Shown here in pieces: positions 50,888 to 62,002 of a stretch of 64,000 nt of DNA. The DNA lies in contig CM097887.1 in NCBI GenBank assembly GCA_044892525.1, forward strand, positions 109,718,397 through 109,782,396, read 5' to 3'. Origin of the DNA: Schmidtea polychroa. Its lineage: Eukaryota. Position numbers and translations under genes: made by a program. Numbering within the stretch: the stretch's first letter is position 1; the number at the start of each line of letters is the position of its first letter. Below the pieces are notes generated by a model. The model was not told the origin of the DNA, searched no databases, and was given only the letters and a program-made list of their open reading frames with translations.

Positions 50888-51850
50888 AAATTTCTCTACA
50901 CACATTCAGACATCAAAGGTATAATACTAACTTGCATACCCAAGCGTTATTTATAACACTGTTCTTTTCCTCTAACATTTTTCCTAGCTTACATTTTTAT
51001 TTTTGCTGATTCTTACTCTTAGATAAGTAAACATTTCAACTGGGCGAGTTACCTAAGTTTTATGCTTGCAATAGTTGAGTCTGCCCGAAAAAGCTTAATC
51101 TTCCCTCGCTAGTCTAATTTCAGTACAGTGGAATTAGTGGTAATTTTCTTTATTTAGTCTTATATATTTTATTTTAGAAGGTAATGAATTTTCTATTTAC
51201 TTATCCACTTTACCATTCCATTTCCGTTTGATTACGGGGCTGACAAGAGAATTAGTCACATGAACTATTACATATTTGTGACGCTAAGGAGATGGTAGAT
51301 TCCTGACATCAAAAGGAACAATTTGTTTATCTCTTGCACAAATCCTGGAGTTGTGTACTCCACAGTAAATGATTTTGGTAAAATAAAATGTGTTGTTCAC
51401 TTTGGTTGGTTCTAACTTGTATTATCTTTCTCTTAATTCAAATTGATCTTTTTATTTAATTCGTTCAAATTAATTGTAAATGAACTTAACTGATTAAGTT
51501 ATGATATAAATTTATCTCCTTTTTAAACTGTTTGGTGTTAACGTTCACCGACGTTCATCAGCATTTTCTGATTTCTAGAATTATTTATTCTGACTACCGT
51601 CGAATCCAACAATTGGTTAGATTATTATATCTGTTGAAGTCGCAGTATATTAGAAGACGTAAAAGGTATTTCGGCTCTGAAGTTGAGGGTTTCGACATTT
51701 TTAAGGAAAAACTAATGTGAAGAATCTTAATTTCAATAAATAAGGATTTCCCTACAAAACGACGGTGATTGGCACATCTAGGAGAGAGTATGTCGGGGAC
51801 CTATTGTAGTTTTAGTTCCACATGATAATAGGATATTGATGGAAGAAAAT

Positions 51851-52311
51851 AAGGGAGGGGGTTTGATACTAAATATAGAATTGGTATATTATAGGGACAT
51901 CATTGGAGGGACGTGTGTCGCTGTGACTAAATTTAGAGTTAGAGAGATCCCTCGATCAATATAATTAACAATAGGTATTAAATTGATTAATTAAAAATTT
52001 TACTAATAATAATGTTAAATTAGTAGTAATAATAATAATAGTAATGCTAGTAATACCTAACGTAATAGGGATGGTAATTGTAATTGCATAATTAAATTTG
52101 TTTTAATATGCTCAATTTGTGATAAAAATAGAATTTAAAAAACGTGTGTTTCATCTTGTCAATAAAACTACAAAGTATCGGGGCAAGATCATGGACAAGA
52201 TGATGTCTATTTTCAAGGGAGAAGGCGACATTCAACAGTGGATTCAGAAAGTGAAGCTAGTGGCAAAAATTCAAAAAATCGTGGAGTTGGAATCAATAAT
52301 TCCTTTATATC
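51851..52311 (+). mobile_element. Small Gypsy relic: PPT, short LTR-like segment (51864-52172), gag N-terminus
   Basis: AAGGGAGGGGG then TG...AATAAAACTACA, then MDKMMSIFKGEGDIQQWIQKVKLVAKIQKIVELESIIPLYL, cut off by the hAT relic. Confidence 0.5.
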
Positions 52312-53400
52312 TTTTTGAACCACAAAAACTGTTAAAATTTTAACATTTATTTCAAAAAGTTTAACTTTTACATAATTCATACATTTATTTTGATTCTACG
52401 GGCAGATTTTGACATTTCAATTAAAACTTCTTCGATCTCAATTGACTCATCTCTATAAATATTTAATAAAACTAATCCATTTAAGCGATCCTCAGTCATA
52501 GTAGCACGGTCAAAAGTTTTGATTAAATTAAATTTACTAAAGCTTCTTTCAAGCGTACAATTTGTAACCGGAAGAGTTACTAGTATTGAAAGCAACTTTA
52601 AAACATTCGGAAAAAATGTACTATTACAAGACTTGATACGATCGATTATTGAATTCGGTTTTTCAACAAACTTTGATAATCTCAAATTCCACATTTTAAT
52701 TTCTGCCCTTAATTGAGTTGCTGAAGCTTGCAAGTAGTCACCATAAAAGTCCAAAATATTATCAACAGCTTTCGCAATTTCTTCTTCAGCAATAATGTTG
52801 TGGTTAGTAATGATTCTAAATCCTGTAAAAATTTCTTTATGCTTTTGAAATCTTTCCTCAAGTTCGCTGCAGAAATTACTAATAAGCGGTTTGAATAAAA
52901 TATTTTGATAATATTCTTTTGTGCTTAAAATAACCATACGTGGTCTACCACAAAATCTCGATTTTCGAATATCAATTTCATATTTTTCAGCAATTTTTGT
53001 TGCATTTGACTATATCGCATCAAACTTGTTTCATAAATCTCCCTCTATTTCCTTGAATGTGTCAATAATATCCGATGATGCTTCTATAGCTTGTGTTATG
53101 TCGATCGAAACTGATTGTAAATATCTGCTAAGTCCTACAGTAATGCTCAGCGTATAGTCAAGTGACAATAAAGACACTATAAATTCAAATTTAAGAATCA
53201 TATTTAAGAATCCAATTGCTAAATGTGAAGCATCATCATTCCATTCAACAATGCTCTGTAAGTCAAACACAACTCCATCGAAAAGTTCAGTGAAAATTGC
53301 AGTTGTTTGATGGCGTTCTATAAATCGTGTAGGACATATATTTTTTAATTTCTTTTTTGTGCTTTCTGGGCATTTTTCTAGAGTTTAATTTCATAATTTT
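52312..53400 (-). mobile_element. hAT transposase relic (C-terminal dimerisation domain)
   Basis: CPTRFIERH; FEFIVSL; FPNVLKLLSILVTLPVTNCTLERSFSKFNLIKTFDRATMTEDRLNGLVLLNIYRD. Confidence 0.88.
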
Positions 53401-55879
53401 AAACATTTCTTCTCCATTATCGCCATTTAAATTTTAAGATTAATATTCATTTTCATTGTAATTTGTCCATAAAATCCGTGGTTATGTTTATACAAATTTT
53501 TGATTTCTCTGTCACTATAGATACACACATTTTATTAGTGCCGATTAATATGTTGATGTTTAACATCTCGTTTCATCGATCTGAGAATATTTTCGATGCG
53601 TGGTAGATTTGTATATGCTGCATCACTACTTCATCCGGTTCGTGTCAAATCATCAGAGATCTTTATGCTTCATTGGTCGAACTTAGTGTTGATCTCCTCG
53701 ACGAAATTACTATCGTTTGGTCAAAGTGCATATAATGCTACAGGATGCTCGAAGTTCGTCATTCAGCGTGATGTTTACCTTTAACTCTACAACGGTGATC
53801 AATGTTAATGGAACTTGTGATTGTGCCTTGAGCTTCCTACTTTCCCATCAATGATTAAAATGCATTTTGATGATTCGAAATGGTTCGTTTACGAGTATCA
53901 GTGATCTCTAATGAAGTCATGGAATGCCTATCTGAAGGAACTTTTTGTGATGGATCGTCCATTGTCTATTACTACTAACGATCTTTATCTATGGTGTATT
54001 CTACATTCTTTCGGCACACTCGATTACGTCGAACGAAACTCGCCACAGTGGTCACGAAGTTATCGAAGGATGTTAACTATATATGCGCTATGAAGGTCTC
54101 TATACTTTATTGCTAAATTGAAAAATGTATATGGACATGTTGGAAGCTGTCTTCACTGTCTTCATTCACAATCTCATTTTTCTGATTTCATGCACCTTGG
54201 TGATAAAAATGATGGCACTATACCACATCATAAAAATTACTACAGCGACGGACTCGCATAGACCCTCCAGCCCGTGGTCTGATCAGCTGAAAATAATTGA
54301 ATACTCCAGCTGACCTATTGGCAGAAAGACCCGAAGATCACTTCCACCGTGACCACACTGGGTTCCATCACCATTGTTCTTCAAAATTAAAATCGAAAAA
54401 TCAAATGAATAAGCATTAAATATGAATTGCCAAAATACCTATATGAATCTAAATTATTAACTATTATCAATATCGAGAAAAGGATGAACTGTTTATACAT
54501 TTATTTGATGGAATTTTAAATTACATAAGTTGCTGTTAATCATTACAATAGAAATGAATAAATAAAAAGAATAACAAATTACTGAATGTCCCGTGAAATA
54601 GTATACTGCTATCGGTAAATAATAGGTTTATTACAATAGCTGAACTGTAGAATTGATTGAATATAGTGAATGATTCGTCTGTCTAGAAGTTCTGTAAAGT
54701 TAAGGTTTTAAACAGTGAAAAAATTCTTTGGAAGGGAAACCCTTATATAGTTTTTTGGCTATGTCTTTCGACCAATCAGGATTGAGTATCTGTGTAAGTA
54801 TTAATATATTTTGATTTGGTTTTCGTTTTTTATTTATCATCATTTGATTGGTCACTTTTTATTTTTTATTTTAAATAACAGATTTTATGATAATTATTGC
54901 TTTTTATCGATCCTGATTGTTCACTGGTTGGTTTTTATACACCGTACTCGTTTAGGTGTTTTCTGCGGTTTATGTCTTTATTCTCTTTTCTTAGTAATCT
55001 GTTTATTACGTGCGTTTGCTATTTTATTTCTTGTGATTTCGATTTTAATTTTAATTTTGTATAATTTAGTTTTTTTTGTTATTTTCTTTAGTTTGTTTTG
55101 GTTGGTGTTTTATTCTTTATTTATTTTCACTTCTTGCTTTTTATGAGCTATTGTGGGTGTCCCAACTGACCCTTTCACTGCTTTTATCTTTTACTTTTAT
55201 TTTTTATTTTATTACTTTTATTTACTTTTATTTTATTTATTTAATTTTAACTTCTAGTCCAACAGTAAAATTGACATCATTTAATGGGCACAGATTGCAA
55301 TAAAGGGAGAGGGAAGAAATGGATTAGAGTAATTACAGATGGCTGAGTAGAAATTTAAAACCACGATAAAATTTTTTCGATTTAGGACGTGCGGAGCCCC
55401 AAACAGAGAGACGCAATATCTCTGCCAGATCACAAAGGAGAAAGAACTCCAGAAAAATAAGAGTTGACAAAACTAGAATATTTAATAAATTTCACATTGT
55501 TGAATAAACTGGCACAAAAAAAGACTATTTCACTATAAAATAGTCCAATGCAGCGGTCGGGGAACTTTTTTAGCCATTACTCCAAAATATTTTTGGGTAG
55601 GTCACTATTTCCCCTACATTCTGAAAAGCAAAAAAACCAAGGTATATTATTTATTGAATTAATTGGAATTTTTATAAAAACTAGCTGTAAGTAAATAATT
55701 AAAACTATTTATTAACATAATTCAAACGCTTTTAGGTTGTAGAAAAATTATGTTGTTTTATTTTTGCTAAAATGACTTTAAAATTAGGACTTTTTGATCA
55801 ATATGTGATAAAAGATGAAATGGATAAAAAGACAGTGTTGACAATTATGAGTTATATTTTGTTAGAAATTGTGTCATAC

Positions 55880-56936
55880 TGTTGGGTTTTGGATTATTTC
55901 AAGTCGGTTCTCTCTGACTCCTGGTGTTCTTTAAATTAAAACAATGAACGACCCAACGTATATTGAAACAACAGGTTCACAATTTATTATCACTCTACAA
56001 TTACCAATCAAAGTTTTACACGATTCTCTGCTCGGCGTTGATGCTTTGCAAACAAACAATATTCACCTTTTGATCCTTTAGTTCTGTTGACTCTCGTTTT
56101 CCTCGGTTTCGGTTTGGTTTGATCTCTTTTCTCCTTTCCGTATTCTTAATTCTATTTCTTCTTTTCCCTACTTCCCTAATTCGTTTACCACTTTTCCTAC
56201 AGTCTAATTCTTCGAACCCTAGCTGAGGCAAAATGCCGATTTTCTCTGATTTTCCCTTTGCTTATATACTCCTCGAAATCAGGATGACAAATGGTTATTG
56301 CCGAGCCAATCTTTCGTTTGACATTTTCTCCTACGTGTTTGCTTCGGCTGTCATCCATAATGGTCCAACGAATCCAGATAATTAATGGCCCTACCGGTCT
56401 TCCTACGCGCGTTATCTTCTCCTTACTCTTTTCCCATTAATCATTGTGTCAAACTAATGGGCCCAAATCTTCCTTTTGTTTGCCTTTCTTCTTGTTTACC
56501 CAGCTCGGGTTTCCTTTATCTCTCGGGTTCTCCATTGGCTCGGGTTTCCCATTAGCTCGGGTTTTCCATTAGCCAATTAATTAATTAATTAACGTTTTCT
56601 GTTTTCATACGTTTGAATGTTTTTCGACCCTTCCGAACCCTTTTCTGATAAATCCCTAACCATCATCTTGTTGACCATTAGCTAATCTATACCTGTCCCG
56701 TTTTTCCCATTCGATTTCGATGATTTTTCCATTTATTGATTTTTCTCGGATTTCCGGATTCTCGCCTTTCGTAATTGCTTTTTGCATTTTCTAATACTGT
56801 TTCCATCGCACTTTCCTTTACTATTAATTCTGTGCACGATCCCGCTTTTATTTGCCATTTTTCCTCGCTTACTTTCCATTTGAATTATTATCCTAAATTT
56901 TATTTAAATTTTAATTTTAATTTACAGACCTCAACA
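55880..56936 (-). repeat. Element 2 3' LTR (1057 bp)
   Basis: TGTTG...CAACA termini; left end TGTTGGGTTTT...AAGTC.GT...TCTGACTCCT..GTGTTC homologous to 39004-39053; four 17-18-bp GCTCGGGTTTTCCATT-type repeats at 56502-56570. Confidence 0.85.
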
Positions 56937-56950
56937 TATCTCCCCCCTTA
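56937..56950 (-). promoter_or_regulatory. Polypurine tract of element 2
   Basis: Minus strand TAAGGGGGGAGATA abuts the TG start of the LTR; nearly identical to the element 1 PPT. Confidence 0.9.
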
Positions 56951-57758
56951 AAAAATTTTTTCGTCCTCGAAATTTGTGTTTTAATGGAAAGTTTTGTTAA
57001 CATTAAATGTCATTATTATTCCTATCAACACAAATACCATTATTATTGTTATTTTTAATTTAAATATTATATATTAAAAGATATTCTTTAATAAGCTGGC
57101 AATTTTCCTGAATATATTTTTCTATCTTTTGGGGAAGGCTATTGGGGTAGGTAGGGATAGCAGAAATTAAACCTTTATAAATAATAGAATGTTATTTCTA
57201 AATTATTTATACTAGAAAGCAGCTATAATAAGTGGTTTAGGTCTCCTGTAGATCATTGTGGTTTGTCGACATGAGAATATGTGTGCACATCATGCAGGAA
57301 ATTACTTTTACCCCAAAGACTGAAAATACGGTTATAATTACAATAATACTAATAATTTATTGGCAAACTGCTTAAAATATTAGCCAACCAAAAATGATTG
57401 AGTTAATTTTGAAAATATGTAGAAACACGGCGGACCCGAACCCCAAAAGCAACTCTGCTTCAACAGAAACCAAAGAACCGACAAAATCTGGCCAAACCAC
57501 GGAGCCATGGGACCTCCGCTCACCAATCTGGGTATGTATGCAGAAAATAGCACGAGTACTGCTAATTTAACACCCTATGTAAGTAAGCCGTTAATTTTTT
57601 TTTTTTTTTTAATTTACACTATATTATTAATTAGTCATTTTTAAATTGTATAATAAAATATATATTCATATGGTAATTTTTTTTCAAATCCCACAGTTCA
57701 AATGTCAATACTTGTAAAATAAACACGGATTTTCCACTAAAAAAATTGGGAACAATTA

Positions 57759-58118
57759 TGCAGGTAGTCCGTTGTCAAATAATTAGACGGTTTTCCCACA
57801 GTGTCAGATTTATTTTTATCCCCTGTAAATTTGACAAATCAAAATCCTTTGCCGACCAAAAAAGTTATTTTAAAAATACGTCAGATTGAAACACACAAAC
57901 TTTCATATTGAATAGAAAATTCACTATATTTCACAACCTGCAGGTAATCCGTTGTCAAATAATTAGACGGTTTTCCCACAGTGTCAGATTTATTTTTATC
58001 CCCTGTAAATTTGACAAATCAAAATCCTTTGCCGACCAAAAAAGTTATTTTAAAAATACGTCAGATTGAAACACACAAACTTTCATATTGAATAGAAAAT
58101 TCACTATATTTCACAACC
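57759..58118. repeat. Tandem duplication, 2 x 180 bp
   Basis: Copies start at 57759 and 57939; one substitution (GTAGTCC/GTAATCC). Confidence 0.95.
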
Positions 58119-58989
58119 ATATTTCATTTTGTCTCCTATTAAAATAAATAATATATTCACTGAAATTGCTCTCTATTTATTATCTATTGAGAAGAAAGAA
58201 TGGAGAGAAAAATTCCTTCGTGTGGTGTTGCAGAGTAAGGGAATTATCATTGGTCGAGATTTTGTCGTGTCATAACTTTCTGCTCTTTCTGAGTCTTTAA
58301 ATGATGAAGTATCGATATTTTGTTTCATTACTTTTTTTCCCGTACACTAAGTAATCAATCTATTGCTTCATTCGAATTTCCGGAACAATCGACATTTTTG
58401 TGGCCAATAAATAACTCATAGAGAACACTTAAACGAGTTTAACGAAAAAAACACTTATCTATGGTTGACGATTGGGTTATAAAAACCATGTATTCTACCA
58501 AACGTCGAAGAAGAAACACAATGGTTAGATTAATTTTTTTTTTGTATTAATTGTATAAAAATTAGCACAGGTTTGAGATATATATTTACAATCTGTCGAT
58601 CAACTCTCAGAATTCCAGCTCAAATCGAAGGTTCAACAATGAAAACAAATGTTTTTTTTCATTATTTTAACAAATTTCTTTGGGTTTATTAATTTATATT
58701 TTTAAGATTGAAGTAGGTTTATTATTTATTCATTTTATGTAACAATTATATGTGATGTTATGAAATATCGGCAATTATAAAGCAATTCAATGATTTGCAA
58801 AAAAAATTGTTATTAATCTTGCTATTTACTAGCATGAGGATTTGAGTGGATATAATTGAGCATTTAAAATAATATTTAGGCATTTGTGTAATGCTTGCAA
58901 ATTATAATTGGAAATTATTTGAAAATTACCAAGGAATAATAATATTTGCAGTTCCCTGAAATGTTAGAGATATCAATTTAAATGAGAAA

Positions 58990-59270
58990 TAAACTTGAAA
59001 AATTACTACTACTACTACTATTATTATTACTACTATCAATATTATTATTATTATTATTATCATTATATATTGTTATAATTATTGCTGCTATTACCACTAT
59101 CATCACCATTATTATTATCAATATTATTATTTTTTCAATATTATATTATTATTATTATTATTATTATCATTATATATTGTTATAATTATTGCTGTTATTA
59201 CCACTATCATCACCATTATTATTATCAATATTATTATTTTATCAATATTATTATTATTATTTATCACAAT
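58990..59270. repeat. (ATT)n low-complexity tract with an internal higher-order duplication
   Basis: Trinucleotide repeats; block ATCATTATATATTGTTATAATTATTGCTG.TATTACCACTATCATCACC occurs twice. Confidence 0.9.
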
Positions 59271-61580
59271 CCTACTCCAATTATCGCTATTATCGGGACG
59301 TCTATTAATTGATGTAAATCATTTTTTGTCGGGACGTCTATTAAAAATCAAGTAGACTAACGACAGTCTGGTAAGGTTATCGGGACGTCTATTAAAAATT
59401 AATAAATCAAGTAGACTAACGACAGTCTGGTAAGGTTATTGTAGTTTCAGAGTATTGAAATTAATTACTTTAGGATATAACAGAGTACATTTAGTTTATT
59501 ATTTCAGGATATTAAAAAGATATTCCTGCATTTTGAAAGTGTATATTGCTCCTATTTTGGTTATGTGGTGAGAATAACAAGAAAAATTTTTTTTTTTTTA
59601 GTATCTGATTAAATTATATTTTGTTACAATTTGCATTTTTACAATTTTTGTGTGCGAGTTTATGAATTCATTAATTGATTAGACTAGCGACTTTGGTGGA
59701 AATCAACAGTAAAATTTATTGAAAATTTCTTATAGCTGTGGTTGTTGTTATTGTTCAAGATGAATACGGTTTACCAAGAATATGGATAAAATTGTGGTTA
59801 ATAACAGGGTTGAGCAGTTAATGGGATATGCTTGTGTGTTTGTCTGTGTGTGTGTGTCTTTACAGTTTGATCGATTTTTATGTGCAAAATATTTGTCTAA
59901 TTTATTCCCAGTCGCAAGGTAATTCATTTATTCTTTTTGTTTATGTTTTTTCTTTCATCATTATTACCATTATTATTAATATTATAATTTAAAAATAATT
60001 TTTTGTTATTAATAACTTATTGGTTTATTTCGCTCGCAGCATGGTAAAAAGTTAATCTCCCCCGCACCGACCGACTGTTTACTCAGCCTGATAAGGTATC
60101 TGCGATGAACATTAATATTCCGAATGAATTTTTTCTTATCCTGCGGTTTTTGACGTAGCCGATACCGATAGGCTCTATAATTAATTACCCTGTGGTTTCT
60201 TACGTAGCCCTGCTGATAAGCTTTCTAACTAATTACTCTGTAGTTTGTCAACGTAGTCTGTACTGATAAGCGTTCTATATAAGTTTCTGCTTTACCACTT
60301 TTCGTTAGTTTTGTCTTGCCAATCTTGAAGTAAGCATTTTATATTTTATTTTTCTTTTCATATTTTTTTTTGAATTTTAGTAACGCCATCCCTCAATTAC
60401 TATGGACGTAAGTGATTAACTATCTTTTGTTATTTTTTGTATTTGTGATTCTTTTTACCATGCTGTCCTCAACTACCCTCATAGTAACCGAACACTTGCA
60501 ATCGTTGTCCAGGGTAGCCAAACCCCGGTGATTGCAAGTGCTCGTGTTGCATATTAAATTAACTTATTGATGCTTATTAAATTAACTTATTTACTTTTTA
60601 ATTTTAATTCGTTAATTTGTTTATGCAACTACCTACACTCATGTTTTGGGTCATATATTTTTGATTTTTGATTTTGTATTTATACTAAAAGCAAACCTCT
60701 AATTACAGCTACTCGTATTTTTCTGACAATTTTAGCCGTATTTATACTTATTAATTTATTACGTAATTCTTAAAATCAATTACTTCCCTGCACTAATTAT
60801 TTGTCGAGGGCGCCATGGTACGGAGTTTTACATAGTATTTATTTCGTTTTTTTCTTTTCAACCCTTACTATTTTAGGCTGTGCCAGAACCTAAGTTTGAA
60901 CATCTCGATGTTATGCAATGGTTATTTAACTGCCATACTAACAGGTTTTTTAATTTCTTTTTCAGGGTCCCTTTACCACCGCGTCGAAAGGGATTGAAAC
61001 GTACCTTTGCCTGTGTGGATACAGGCAGTAGGTTTGAACGACGCCCGCCTTGCAATGTACGCAGGGAATGGGACTGTGGCATCCAAAGTCCCGTTCTGTT
61101 GGACTCTGATGACGAATAAACTTTGAATAAATGTTCAGCATACCTTTGTTTTTAATTTATGCTAGAAAGGGTGGGGTAATTGTGTCCCTCTTCGCGAATA
61201 GTTTTTTGTTACTACTAATGTGAAATTATTCCTTACTTATTTATAATTTTGTTCTCTCGCCCCAGTGGTTTACCCATTGCTATATAGTTATGCTAATTCA
61301 TTAATTACTAATCAGCCATATTATTTATTTCTAATGCTCATTTAAGGTAGTCATTTCATTATTTGCAACATTTATTTGAGTTATCCTATTTGCTCGTTTA
61401 ACTTTGTTCATTTTTATCTATTATTCATTCATTTAATTTATCACTTTTTTACTTATTTATTTATATCAATTCGTTTATTCATTTGATTATTTGTTAATTT
61501 ACTTATAATTATTTAACTATTATTTTTTTTTCTCGAGGACGAAAAAACACCAACAGGGTCCGTTTAAATAATTTATTTTT

Positions 61581-61826
61581 TTAGTCTAATTGATTTATCT
61601 CACCATCATCTTCCGATTCCTCCATTTCTTCTACTCTCATTCGATACATCGCGAAATCGGCTTCGTGTTGAAACAATAAGATTTCCAAACGGTCCAACCG
61701 CCTTTTCAGACGGAAGTTTTCTTCTTCCAAATCTGTTATTCTGCCCTGCATGCTACGAAACTTTTGTTTTAGTTCTTGCGTACTTGTTTTACACTTTTTG
61801 CATGTCATCTCCGAGGCTTCTTGCAT
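61581..61826 (-). CDS. Element 2 accessory ORF, 81 aa, leucine-zipper-like coiled coil
   Basis: CxxC then ITDLEEENFRLKRRLDRLE; acceptor TTTAATTTCAG 3 nt before the ATG; AATAAA just after the stop. Confidence 0.5.
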   Translation of the reverse strand: MQEASEMTCKKCKTSTQELKQKFRSMQGRITDLEEENFRLKRRLDRLEILLFQHEADFAMYRMRVEEMEESEDDGEINQLD

Positions 61827-62002
61827 TCTCTGAAATTAAATGATAGTTATTTTTTTTTGTATCACTCTTTATTCGCAAAGCATCAACACCTCGCTTCGAA
61901 TCTCAAACAAATTACACAGTTCATCCTATGGTACTTATAAAACATGCACATTGTTAATATAAATGTAATATATTTTTATACACTATTCATGCAGATCACA
62001 AT

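Noticed and set aside
53590-54400. Moderately GC-rich decayed coding-like stretch (similar texture at 9700-10150)
   Set aside because: No recognisable motif in any frame; cannot be assigned without a search.
58982-59312. Hydrophobic Ile/Leu/Tyr ORFs (also 30300-30488, 54811-55303)
   Set aside because: Translations of (ATT)n or T-rich low-complexity DNA, not membrane proteins.
59293-60290. Short repeats with spacers resembling a CRISPR array
   Set aside because: Eukaryotic retroelement context, too few units, spacers not unique or regular, no cas genes.
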